Shown piece by piece: positions 35,301 to 44,415 of a stretch of DNA of 64,000 nucleotides; positions within the stretch are counted from its first letter, which is position 1; each line of letters starts with the position of its first letter. The position numbers and the translations under genes were made by a program. The notes beneath the pieces are model-generated. The model was not told where the DNA came from and did no database searches. It saw only the letters and a list, made by a program, of their open reading frames with translations. The stretch is from an uncultured virus (IMG/VR IMGVR_UViG_3300050821_011652). Its lineage: Duplodnaviria; Heunggongvirae; Uroviricota; Caudoviricetes. The DNA lies in IMG/VR virus record IMGVR_UViG_3300050821_011652; one strand, 5' to 3'.

Positions 35301-38300
35301 ATCCAACACGTCGGCCCCGGACTTAAGCCCTTCAAAAGCGCGAGGGTTATACTGTGACTCGAACGAGGGTTCTGGATTAGACTTAACATCGTTCCAATCG
35401 TGAGGCAGATTCTGCCTCGGGAGTTCCTCAGTATCTGGATGAATATCAGCCACCCGACGGTCGATTTCTGACCGGTCATCTTCCATCATTCGATTCTTGT
35501 ACCCCTGTAGCCCGTCGACTTCCACCCCTGCACCCATTAACCGGCGTCCCCCTTCAGTCACGGTTCCGATGCGCTCTAGCGTTTTGGATAGGACACTATC
35601 TTCTTTCCCACCGAACAGCCGGCTGACTGCGTCCCAGACCTTCGTCATCAAGCCCTTGGGCTTTGGTCCGGATATGTCCTTCATCCCGGATAGATGGCGT
35701 TGAAAATCTCCGTTAGTGAGCGCTTCAGAAACAAACTCTGGAAGGTTAATGAGGCCGTAGTACTTGTTGAACTTGTCGTCGAGAGCAGAGAAAATAAGGT
35801 TCCGGGTTGCGGGGTCGGCTGCTGCGAGTGCGCGGATTTCATCGGGGGTCGAGGGGTGGGAGAGAGCTTTCTGTCGTAGGGCGCCAAGGTCCTGGATCGC
35901 TGAACGCTCCGCGGGGGAAAGTTGGTCCATCCGGTCAAGCATGTAGGCATTGATCTTGCCGGCTGAAACCGCGTGGGCGAGCTCGTGTAGAATCGCTCGT
36001 TCGGTTTGGTCGTCATTCAGATCCTGGTTAATTCGGATCTTATCATTGGTGAGATGGTACATACCCAGCTCGCCATTTTTCATCCGCTCGACATTGATCT
36101 TGACCTCGGGACTTGATTCCAACGAGGCCTTGAGGAATTTAGCTACAGCGCCGTAGGTCGGGTTCTTAGTCTTCTCAGCGATAGCGTCGAGGATTGCCGA
36201 AGTCCCTTGCGCCACGTTGTACTTGGACAGCTTGCGGGCGAGGCGGACTTCCCCGGTGATGGGCTTGCGTTCGACGTCGGGCGCCGACAAGTACGGCCTA
36301 GAATCGCGTAGAAGTTGAGCGGCCTGATCCCTGGTAATGAACCGTCCATCTCCCGTCCGGTATCCTTGCTCTAGCATCGTGGATTTGAGTCCAGTTGCTG
36401 GCATGCCCTCAGTCGCCTCGCTTGGTACCCGAATGTGAATGCCCTGTCCGGATTGTCGAAGACTCGATCCTTCATGGATTTGAGCAAATGCTTGTGCTGC
36501 GTCCCAATGGTCTTTTCCGGTGGTGACCTGGTCGCCCAAACGTACCGCTGGTTCCATCCGGAACCCAGCGTCGTGGAGCATTCCTTCAAATGAACGGCCA
36601 CGATTTGAGCTTGGCGCAGAATGGAGAGGATTCGAATCGATCGGAACGCCTGGCCGGCGCGCGGCGGCGTCGTTGATCTGATCGGCCGTGGACCAGAAGT
36701 GGTCGAGGGCGGTTGACTTGGTATCGAATCCGAGAAGGTCGCCGACCCAGTTGGAAAGGCGTTCAAACCAGGAGTCGCCGTAGTAGCGAACCGATTTGGC
36801 GAAGGAGCGGAATTCAGGGGAGGAAAATAACTGGGCGGCCGCTTCGTGCGGATCGGATAGGGCGTACAGAACCGGCATCCATTTTTTCTCATCCTCCGTC
36901 AGGCGGTTGTAATCTATCCGGCTGTCACCGCTTGCTCGGCGCGCCTCGATCAGCGGCTGGACCTTTTGATAGAAACTATCCCGCATCTCGGGCGGAAGGG
37001 CCCCTAACACTTCCTGTCGAATGCGATCGAATCGGCGAACGAGTTCCTCTTCGTGAGGACCACGCGGGTCGGAAAGAACGGCGTGAGAAACTGCATGGGC
37101 CATCTCATGGGCCAAGACCTGATGCAGGTTGTTGGCATCGAGCTGACCCTTAGTCAGGAAAATCTTGCCGTCATGGTAGAAGCCGCCGGTCTCCGGCGAA
37201 TCAATGATGTGAATGCCGACCTGATTAAGCCGGTCACGTTGGGCCTCTAGCCGTGGGAGTGCCTCCTTAACCGAGTCATCCCCGTGCTCTTGGAGGGCTG
37301 TGAGCGCGTCGGCCGCGTTCCCGGTATGAAGCCGCTCGGCGACTGGATCTTTCGGACTACCCTCAACCTCGGTCCATCCCGGCCGCGGATCGGCGACGGG
37401 TGGGGACTGGAGCACCTTCCATCTCGCCTTGTATTCTTGCGGAGTGATCTCGCCGGAGTTCAATTTCTCCATCAACCCTGTGCGGGTATCAGGAGCTCCG
37501 CCGACGTTTACGCGGTCGGGGGAGGCGGGGTAGTTTGGCCCGCGTTCTGCAGTGCTGCCATTAGCTGATTCGAGTCCGGATCTCCCGGGTTCTGTGCCGC
37601 GTGCTCCTTGACCATTTGAGTTAGCTGATTCACCGGTAGCCGGGTGTTCAACAGCTGATGCTGGACGTGCGGAGGAAGCTTCTGATAGTGCTGCATCAGG
37701 GTGCTCAGAACCGCGTTCTCCGGAGGGCTTGTTTCGCCCGTTATCATGCTGAACATCCTCGGTCCCACGACCCGTTTCACCTGCGCCTGCAGTGCCTCGG
37801 CCGGCCTCAGTGGCGCCTGTGTCGCCTGTCCGCTCTGCAGATTCGCTGGGAGTTGGTCGGGGCTCTGAATGGGTGAGCCTTCCCCGGGCAAAATCTCGGA
37901 AGGACTCGAAGACGCGGTCTCGATCGGTGGCTGTGGTATTGGATTCATTTAGTGGTTCTCCAGAAAAAACCCCAAGGTGTTTGTCATCTAAGGCGGCGTT
38001 GAATGCTATCCTATCCTCGGGCGAAAGGGTAGCTCGAAATTGGTCGACAAGGTTACTGACATCGCCGTGGTCGCTCGCGGCCTGGGGCTCATGTTCAAAC
38101 TGTTGAGCTACGGTATCGTGCTCCATCTGAGGAGTCTGGCTTTGATCACCAACGACCTCATGCAGTGTGTCGCCACCTTCGGTCATCGGTCGATCTAGGC
38201 TTACGTCAGAGACAACGCCTTTGGCCTTTAGCTTCTCCAGTTCGCGTAGAGCGTCCTGTATGGAAGTGTTGAAAGTGCGCTTAGCAAAAGCGGTCACAGT

Positions 38301-40673
38301 TGAAGGCGATGCGTCCTCAGGGAGCTTGCCTTTGTGGACTTGATCAAGAAAGCGCAGAGTAGCGTCTGAGACAACATCATCCCCGGTCAATCGATGACCT
38401 GAATACCCTGATAACTTCGCGTCGGCCGCGGCTTGAAGGTCAGCGATGGTTCTGATCCCTGGACCAATCTGTGTCTCTCTTTCAGGAGTCAGTCTTTCCC
38501 ATTGCTTTGCGCGATCCAAGAATTCTGGTTTTTGGGACTGAAGAGTAACTCGATCGGTGATGGGGATTACAATGCCTGCCCCTTGCCCTCGGTTCCATTT
38601 TGCATCAAATCCATTTTGGTCAGCAAAGTCTTGATACTGGCCGCGGTCGGCGTGTGTAATTGGAATTTGCTGCCCGGAGTCAAGGGCTGCTTGCAGCCCG
38701 GCGGCGTCGTTTTCTTTGGCGAAGTCGGCGAATGTTTTCTTTTCCGGCGCTTGGGCCGGCCCGGTTTCTTGGGGTGCAGGTTCTGTTTCTGCATTTTTCT
38801 CAATTGGGACTAACTCGTTTCCATTAAAGTCATACTTCCCGCGCAGTTCTGGAGCGTGCTGTTCAAACTCTTCAGCGGTGACCGGTAGTCCTTCACTAAC
38901 CGCTTTGGCCAATCCAGTTTCGTCCTTTGCATGGATGAAATCGGTAAGCGTCTTTGTCGACTCTTCAGGCTTAACCGACGGTGCGGTTGGGACGGGTTCG
39001 GGTTCGTTTTGATCCTTAACGTCCTTGTCGAAAATGTCAGCCAGGTCACTGGGCGCTGTGGGCGGAGTGTTCCGCGCTTTGTCTGCCAGCTGCCGCTCGA
39101 CTGCTGCGGTTTGTGGTGAGTTGGCTTTATCTAACTCTCCCGCCGCTTTATCGTGCGCGTCTGCTTCCTGCTCCTTGGCCCTAACATCAAGGAGAGATTT
39201 CTTCGTCGCCTCTGGGAATGGCTGGATGAGCGTATCGTAAGCGTGGTCAGAATCCCGGAACACATCCGGATGATCCGTCGCCATCTGGTCGGCCAATTGA
39301 GACACAGCAACATGCGTGTCTTTAACTGCCTGAACCTCAGCCCTTTTCCTAGCGATCGTTCCTACCAAGGCTCCGCCGGCGCCCAGGATTAAACCCTGAC
39401 CTACGCCCGACACCGTCTCGCCTAGAATGTTACCCCACGGATTGTTGCCTGGCTCTCCCGTCCCGGAGGAAGCGTCAACCGCTTCCTTGATCCCCTGACT
39501 GCCTCCTGATATTAGCCCGAACCCAAAAGCGTCCTTCATCAACTGGGCCGGAATATTTCGAGCCGGGATCCCGGCGTTCAACATCGAAATGCCTTTGGTC
39601 GCGAGGATGGCTGAAGGGAGGGAGACGAGCAGACTATTCTGCCGGGCTAGTTCGTCCTGTTGATCTGAAGTGAGATTGGCAAACTTAGGGTTGTTCGCGA
39701 TCTGCGCTTTCTCCGACTGATAAATATCGCCTCGGGACTGAGCTTGCATCATCGCCGCGGTGATCCCCTGACCTACTCCGGGAATCGCTTCAGTCAGCAT
39801 GTAGGGGATCATGCCAGCCGCGTTCATCACAAACTTACCCGCCATCGAATTCCGCACCTTGGGGTCGATATCGTTCTCGATCCCTTGCTGCATGTCGCTT
39901 CCCCACTTAGCGACTGCATCGCCTGCGGTTCGAATGTCTTGGACCGGATGACCCGCGATAGCTTGCTGAAGATCTCCCGCTCGGCGGGTCAGATCGTTTT
40001 GAAAGTAGTCGTAGTCATGAGCTAACCGATTCGAGGGATTAGCAGCGGCCTCAGGATTTTCTTTGATGTAATCCTGATAGGCCTTCCTTGGATTCTTCTG
40101 CATCTCCTGAACATTGGAGAGCTCGGATTGGAGGTAGTTAAGGGGAACTTGGTTTAAAACTTTTCTATCCGCTGCCGCGCGTGGGTCCTCTAAGTCGCCA
40201 GCGTTAACTCCCGCTCCGGATACCGCTCCTGCGACCGAGGAAAGAAAACCGGCCGGCGCTAATCCTGCAATTGATTGAGCGGTCCCCTTCGGGTTTTGGA
40301 TGTCATTCGCCCGCGCCTGGCGCCAGGTGTTCGATTTCGCCGCGATGTCTTCTGGTTTCTCACCCGCTTCTCTGGCGCGGGCATTCACTTCATTCGCGTA
40401 CTGATCGACTATCTGCGATTTCTGGTCAGCGTTTAAAGTCTGCCACCGTGGGTCAGCAGTTAGCTGTTCCCATTCCGGAAGCAGCTGGGTAGTGTCGGGG
40501 GGAGCCGGCAGGTTGGAATAAGGAGCGACTTGAAACGCCGGATCGACGTTAGGCTGCGGCTTAGTCGGAGTGGGCGCAGGTTCCTGCAACCCTAGGGATT
40601 TGAAATCAGCGGCCTCGGTGGAAGTCGCGGGTCCGGGCCCATCTGCATTTAAAGAAGCCGTTGCTCCGGGCAT
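32352..40673 (-). CDS. Giant polyvalent internal virion/ejection protein (sigma-like domain, two zincin domains)
   Basis: 2773 aa; HEMAH and HELAH motifs each with downstream E; sigma-like segment; last gene of virion block. Confidence 0.8.
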   Translation of the reverse strand: MPGATASLNADGPGPATSTEAADFKSLGLQEPAPTPTKPQPNVDPAFQVAPYSNLPAPPDTTQLLPEWEQLTADPRWQTLNADQKSQIVDQYANEVNARAREAGEKPEDIAAKSNTWRQARANDIQNPKGTAQSIAGLAPAGFLSSVAGAVSGAGVNAGDLEDPRAAADRKVLNQVPLNYLQSELSNVQEMQKNPRKAYQDYIKENPEAAANPSNRLAHDYDYFQNDLTRRAGDLQQAIAGHPVQDIRTAGDAVAKWGSDMQQGIENDIDPKVRNSMAGKFVMNAAGMIPYMLTEAIPGVGQGITAAMMQAQSRGDIYQSEKAQIANNPKFANLTSDQQDELARQNSLLVSLPSAILATKGISMLNAGIPARNIPAQLMKDAFGFGLISGGSQGIKEAVDASSGTGEPGNNPWGNILGETVSGVGQGLILGAGGALVGTIARKRAEVQAVKDTHVAVSQLADQMATDHPDVFRDSDHAYDTLIQPFPEATKKSLLDVRAKEQEADAHDKAAGELDKANSPQTAAVERQLADKARNTPPTAPSDLADIFDKDVKDQNEPEPVPTAPSVKPEESTKTLTDFIHAKDETGLAKAVSEGLPVTAEEFEQHAPELRGKYDFNGNELVPIEKNAETEPAPQETGPAQAPEKKTFADFAKENDAAGLQAALDSGQQIPITHADRGQYQDFADQNGFDAKWNRGQGAGIVIPITDRVTLQSQKPEFLDRAKQWERLTPERETQIGPGIRTIADLQAAADAKLSGYSGHRLTGDDVVSDATLRFLDQVHKGKLPEDASPSTVTAFAKRTFNTSIQDALRELEKLKAKGVVSDVSLDRPMTEGGDTLHEVVGDQSQTPQMEHDTVAQQFEHEPQAASDHGDVSNLVDQFRATLSPEDRIAFNAALDDKHLGVFSGEPLNESNTTATDRDRVFESFRDFARGRLTHSEPRPTPSESAERTGDTGATEAGRGTAGAGETGRGTEDVQHDNGRNKPSGERGSEHPDAALSEASSARPASAVEHPATGESANSNGQGARGTEPGRSGLESANGSTAERGPNYPASPDRVNVGGAPDTRTGLMEKLNSGEITPQEYKARWKVLQSPPVADPRPGWTEVEGSPKDPVAERLHTGNAADALTALQEHGDDSVKEALPRLEAQRDRLNQVGIHIIDSPETGGFYHDGKIFLTKGQLDANNLHQVLAHEMAHAVSHAVLSDPRGPHEEELVRRFDRIRQEVLGALPPEMRDSFYQKVQPLIEARRASGDSRIDYNRLTEDEKKWMPVLYALSDPHEAAAQLFSSPEFRSFAKSVRYYGDSWFERLSNWVGDLLGFDTKSTALDHFWSTADQINDAAARRPGVPIDSNPLHSAPSSNRGRSFEGMLHDAGFRMEPAVRLGDQVTTGKDHWDAAQAFAQIHEGSSLRQSGQGIHIRVPSEATEGMPATGLKSTMLEQGYRTGDGRFITRDQAAQLLRDSRPYLSAPDVERKPITGEVRLARKLSKYNVAQGTSAILDAIAEKTKNPTYGAVAKFLKASLESSPEVKINVERMKNGELGMYHLTNDKIRINQDLNDDQTERAILHELAHAVSAGKINAYMLDRMDQLSPAERSAIQDLGALRQKALSHPSTPDEIRALAAADPATRNLIFSALDDKFNKYYGLINLPEFVSEALTNGDFQRHLSGMKDISGPKPKGLMTKVWDAVSRLFGGKEDSVLSKTLERIGTVTEGGRRLMGAGVEVDGLQGYKNRMMEDDRSEIDRRVADIHPDTEELPRQNLPHDWNDVKSNPEPSFESQYNPRAFEGLKSGADVLDRIAQAKGLEHRDIEALRSEADKAFNQNAITPHQYAEAWRALDSTSFPLLGALGGNKEDRNSWTRRFGRWMKDWTSEGNLPRVTEDTGYRSSPAYEATQEIQAKRDAAAQIVRDRLTDLDRAVRQDYKGSPLDKLPTAKLEQFTQILQGRAAPADFPVNTYRAIRAMRDSIDYLSRKAQVYLPPDLAAKFADNEGFYTKRSYRIFDDPRWIERNVTEAKKDQAARDLVEKFRSDKARDAGIQAQAQWLKVNPGQFGTLEHRAVFKEAFDKAKTEAEKTVQYSSMRRFVDRQMSDFRDIAEGKGNSNFGRPAAKTDTTFFKERQDLPESYRTLLGENTDPRAVFAQSMQKLSDFLATSQGLRDIRSAGEGQWLFKEPNGIHDAKIAKEDNRAYDPLDGMYTTPEIREALKAARAVSTGNNPTMNLLMKMNRVAKTVHTIDSVRSAMRNYTTQGFNLLMNGHGLSPDAVKKAVGTLATDWGKLDDPGLRAQLLRYRGLGLLDQDPNVRTLREISKAWNKNSGQPIDLQDAISGQFANNPVFKVLRKTQNFAEHFYATADSMGKILNFEMERSMLAKAFPDIAQNSPTELDSMASKRTRDTMPTWSRMSPNVRAVVNQPFFGPFAGYFAEATRAATNSAYYAFKDLKEGVRQGNGVLTSSGIRRIAGIGAALTGPALIGWATARAVGMSDKDVDNFRKLLPWWEQNSALLFFKHENGKIGYANLNYSSPYSYFTDAVTQIGRSMSGHEDVPTMVGKTMGQLMRNFSDAGIIVPRIYQALGNKNDFGQSIVNENLPGTEQFMGRLGYAFDPIWEGGTPGRVIRSWIPTAMGKTTSSGGMATTLPEHIGGELVGGKIAEVDLGQRLRSSLNDEMDDLHKVEQIFTSPFQNPGHPMDSDEIKQTYAKMEAARYHAFMDIHEKVQAALQSGVAPAIVHQALSKYDKEAGPLMVGRYVPYRPTKNLLHNAQVAGKTLPPGTVSTQTRSLNE

Positions 40674-41498
40674 TTAGTTCCCTTGATTAGCGTTTCCAAG
40701 TGCGGCGAGTTGGGCCGAGGTCGGTTGCTGTGAGGGATCAATCCCAGTCGCCTGCCAAGCCGGGGCGGGCTGTTGAGCCTGCGGAGCCTGCTGTGGCGCA
40801 GCCGGGGTGCCGGCGGCCACTAAGCTAGCATGTCCAAGGTCTTGGTCATTCCACAATTCAAATGCGTTGCTATTAGGATTGTTGGGCGACACGTAACTGT
40901 AGTCAGCAACGCGCATGTTAGAGCGCACTACGTTTCCATCTTTGTCGACTACATTAACAAAGGAGCCCAAAGGATATTTCGACAGCAGATTTGGCGCGAT
41001 GGCCAGATCTCCTTGTTGCAGTTTTCCTAACGGGCCGTTTAACGTGTCGTGAGTGTATTCTCCTTGACTAGGACCGTAGGCCATAGCCCGATAGAGTCCC
41101 GTTCCTCCGCCATCACCGGCTGAGGGAGAGGCGCCCGGGATTGCTTGATTCGCAAGGGGTTTGTTCGGGTCATATCCCTGACCTGCAGGAAGAGGTTGGG
41201 GTGTTGCCTGCGCGGCGATCGGTTGATTGGGATTCACACCCTGACCCGCGGGAAGTGGTGCCGTTTGAACTTGGGGTAGCGCTTTAAATCCTGAGTTCGT
41301 GTACTTCTCCAAATCGCCCGGGTTATTAACCAGGTGATTGACCATATCGTGCTGTCCGTTCAGCGCGAGAGAGGTTAATTGCTTGGCAGTCGCGTTTACA
41401 CTTTCGGGCGTCCACTTGTGTTTCTTGTCTAGCTTGTCGGATCCATAGTCGACCGGGGTCGTCTTAGGGGTGGAGAATGTGTCGTTACTGGGTATCAC
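40674..41498 (-). CDS. Internal virion protein with 3D/RlpA-like (peptidoglycan hydrolase-like) domain
   Basis: YRAMAYG...DLAIAP...YPLGSFVNV...RVAD...FELW; PLPAGQG repeats. Confidence 0.55.
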   Translation of the reverse strand: MIPSNDTFSTPKTTPVDYGSDKLDKKHKWTPESVNATAKQLTSLALNGQHDMVNHLVNNPGDLEKYTNSGFKALPQVQTAPLPAGQGVNPNQPIAAQATPQPLPAGQGYDPNKPLANQAIPGASPSAGDGGGTGLYRAMAYGPSQGEYTHDTLNGPLGKLQQGDLAIAPNLLSKYPLGSFVNVVDKDGNVVRSNMRVADYSYVSPNNPNSNAFELWNDQDLGHASLVAAGTPAAPQQAPQAQQPAPAWQATGIDPSQQPTSAQLAALGNANQGN

Positions 41499-42859
41499 GC
41501 GTTTTCTCCCTGTGCATTTTCAAGCGAGGCTAGTTGCTGACCGGAGTTATCTCCTCCGCCCGACATCGCGGACAATTGGTTCGTTCTCCATTCATGGATC
41601 GCGCCTAGTGAATTGAGAGTCTGGTCATCGATCTGGCTCGTGCCGGGCGTCGTACCTTGGGTCATGCCGGGTACGATTGTTTGTGTCCCGATTGTAGGAT
41701 TAATAAGATTGGGCTGTTGAGACGGATCCTGTATGGCGCCCGGGTTCAAAGGCGTGTTGGTGTTAGGAGCGGGAGCCGGGGTAACGTTCTTGTAAAAACG
41801 TTCGGTCGGGGCGACGGGCGTTGTGGGATTGTTTGCTGTGGGTTTTAAGATGCCTGCTTTTTGTGCGTCTGGGTAAATTTGGTCCGGGTTCAGTCGATAG
41901 TAAGCAGTCTTGGAGGGGTCGTCTTTAGTCAACGCATATCCCGCTTGGGCTAACTTTTCGGCCTCGCTGACCGCGGCCTTTTGTGGGTCATCGGTGTACG
42001 CGTTAAGGTCCCTGGGATTTTGCCCATTGTGATTCATAGCCCAGGCCCTCCATGCGCCCATTCCATTCTCGTCAATGTTCTGCTTGTTCTGTTCTTCCTC
42101 CTGCTTCTGTGTGGCCGGATTATTTCGCTTCTGAGCTAAACCATTCGCATACGAGAAAGCGTCTCCTGTAGATAATCCCAGCCCCCCTTGCTCTTTGGGT
42201 ACCTGCGCTTTATAAAAAGCGTTCCGTTCGTCGAGATTCCAGGCTGATTTGGCTTTTAGCATGTAGCCATTCGCGCCCCTGTCTTGACGTTCTTCGAGCA
42301 TTGAATCGGCCCTCTTAATCGCTTCTGATGTATTGAAATTGGTGTCGCCCAATAAATCTTGGGCCTTCCCATTCAAAATGTCGTCGTCCGACATTGAGTG
42401 TAGCTGTTGGGAGAATTTGCTTAATGTCGCATTATCTGCCGCTTGATTGTTTAATGCGTCAGTTTTTGCCTGGTTCTCAAGTTGGAATTGGGCAATCTGC
42501 GCTCGGGTCAATGCAACCTTTAGTGGGAATGTTTCCGCTTCAGCTTGGGCTTGAATCTTCGCCCGAGCTTCCTGCGCTTGCTCCAATGCTAATCGAGCAC
42601 TGTCCGATTGATTGTAATGTTCGGACCGCGCCTGTTCTAAAGCCAGGTACGCGTCGGCCCTTTTCGCGGTCGATTGAGAATTAAGCTGGGCAATGCGATC
42701 CTGCTCGTTTTCGTGCTGAGCCGTTTGATTTTGCGCCTGTCCTTGAAGAATGTAACGAAGAGGCTCGAGGGTCGCTTGGACGGCTTCACTATAATCGTGG
42801 ACGTAGTCTCTGGGAGTGCCAACGCCCGGATGAGTTACGAATTGTTGTGGGTGCCACAT
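41495..42859 (-). CDS. Putative ejection protein
   Basis: Q/A/N-rich helical protein positioned before giant protein. Confidence 0.6.
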   Translation of the reverse strand: MWHPQQFVTHPGVGTPRDYVHDYSEAVQATLEPLRYILQGQAQNQTAQHENEQDRIAQLNSQSTAKRADAYLALEQARSEHYNQSDSARLALEQAQEARAKIQAQAEAETFPLKVALTRAQIAQFQLENQAKTDALNNQAADNATLSKFSQQLHSMSDDDILNGKAQDLLGDTNFNTSEAIKRADSMLEERQDRGANGYMLKAKSAWNLDERNAFYKAQVPKEQGGLGLSTGDAFSYANGLAQKRNNPATQKQEEEQNKQNIDENGMGAWRAWAMNHNGQNPRDLNAYTDDPQKAAVSEAEKLAQAGYALTKDDPSKTAYYRLNPDQIYPDAQKAGILKPTANNPTTPVAPTERFYKNVTPAPAPNTNTPLNPGAIQDPSQQPNLINPTIGTQTIVPGMTQGTTPGTSQIDDQTLNSLGAIHEWRTNQLSAMSGGGDNSGQQLASLENAQGENA

Positions 42860-42862
42860 AAC

Positions 42863-43837
42863 TTAAAAGCTCATTCCATCTAGCCCAAGCCCCTGTGATC
42901 CATAGAAGTCGGTGGGGGTGGCATTAGGGCCAGCATTGTTCAAAGACGCCTGAAGCGAGCTATCAGCCGTTTGGGTGGTGCCTGGATTCGGCGGTCCTAC
43001 CTGCAGCTGACCGGGGTTGCCGTAGTAAGCGCCGCCTGGGTTAGAATTTAGAGGAGGAGTGGCCGTGCCATTATTTGACTGAGTGAATGCGTTATAGAGT
43101 TGCGACCCACTCTGCCCGAGTTTTGCGAGTGACTGTCCGAGGGCCGCTGTTTGTTGTTGCCCCAAGGTCGCGTTCGCCGCGCTAGCCGCGAAGGCATGGC
43201 CGGCATTGGCGAAGTCGACCTGGTCTTGCAGGTCGGTGTTGTACTGCGTCTGTTGATCCTGGCGTTGAAGAATCTGCTGAGGGCTGAAAAGCAAATCAGA
43301 CACGTTCATCTGGCTCGGGTTCAGCGCCGAAACCAAATTCATTTCAGACCCGGCCATAGAGGCGCCCGAGCTTTCAAGGCTCAGCGAAGTAAGCCCTAAA
43401 TCCCTAGCCGTTAAATTCCGCCCCATGCCTGTGCCCCCGTATCCACCCTGCAACGCCGAATAGGCGCTCGATTCCTCAATCTGCGCTTTCACGTCTTGAG
43501 GAATTAGACCCTTCGCCAGCGAGTTGGCATTCTGTCCAATAGTCGCGACAGTGTCGAGCATGTGCGGATCAAGCTTCAATACTTGATCCTGCCAGGACTT
43601 ATTGGCGAAAGTGTTGACCTCGTTAGCGAACGAGTTCAGCGAGGGGAGATTGTTTTCCTGCTGGAGGAAATCGTTAAAGGAACTCCCTACGGGCGCAAGG
43701 TTCAGGTAGTCGTAGGGCTGAAGCGTGATCTTTCCACCCTGGACCGCGCCGGCTCCGCCACCGCTTAAGGCGCCGGATGAGCTGAGGGCAGCCCCCGCGA
43801 TCGACCCTACCGCCCCGATAATCGCCCCAACTGCCAT
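42863..43837 (-). CDS. Putative ejection/pilot protein
   Basis: Gly/Ala-rich hydrophobic N-terminus; NLTARDLGLTSL. Confidence 0.6.
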   Translation of the reverse strand: MAVGAIIGAVGSIAGAALSSSGALSGGGAGAVQGGKITLQPYDYLNLAPVGSSFNDFLQQENNLPSLNSFANEVNTFANKSWQDQVLKLDPHMLDTVATIGQNANSLAKGLIPQDVKAQIEESSAYSALQGGYGGTGMGRNLTARDLGLTSLSLESSGASMAGSEMNLVSALNPSQMNVSDLLFSPQQILQRQDQQTQYNTDLQDQVDFANAGHAFAASAANATLGQQQTAALGQSLAKLGQSGSQLYNAFTQSNNGTATPPLNSNPGGAYYGNPGQLQVGPPNPGTTQTADSSLQASLNNAGPNATPTDFYGSQGLGLDGMSF

Positions 43838-44415
43838 TAGTTACCCGCCTCCAGTATGGCTCGATAACGTTCCGTATCCCCAGAACGAATCTGTTCAATA
43901 CCGGACGAAACATTTCTCGCCAGTACGTCGGCTTTAATCTGAACGTTGAAATCTCTCAGCATTCGAAGTCGTTGTTTATTCACCGGTTCCGATGGCACAC
44001 AAAAATCCCACACGGCTGTGGGGTCTAGCGCCCGGTAGTCCATCACTAGTGTTCTGGACTCATAGACTTCCGCAATGCGGTCAAGCTCTCGTTCAAATTT
44101 ATCCAGGATCCGCGTGTAATCAAACCCGAACCCTAGGGCACTCATTGACTGGTCAACCTCCGACCTCTCCCGGCGGACCACTACGATCCGGGCATGGGGG
44201 AAGAGATGAACCAGCGTATCGATAAAGAGGGTGTTTGCTGAATCAGAAACCCCGGCGTTCGGAACCCGCGTCGATTCAAGCAATTCCGGATATCCGTGGA
44301 CACCCGATCGTAAATACTGAAAGACCTCATGAAAGCAGAACGAAGTCCCATAGGTAAGAAAGTTGGCGATCCAGGCGGTGCGGGAGCGGGGAAGGGAACA
44401 GATGAAATAGTTCAT
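43837..44415 (-). CDS. Sulfotransferase-like P-loop protein
   Basis: FICSLPRSRTAW...CFHE...IVVVRR; ATG 44415 coupled. Confidence 0.6.
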   Translation of the reverse strand: MNYFICSLPRSRTAWIANFLTYGTSFCFHEVFQYLRSGVHGYPELLESTRVPNAGVSDSANTLFIDTLVHLFPHARIVVVRRERSEVDQSMSALGFGFDYTRILDKFERELDRIAEVYESRTLVMDYRALDPTAVWDFCVPSEPVNKQRLRMLRDFNVQIKADVLARNVSSGIEQIRSGDTERYRAILEAGN

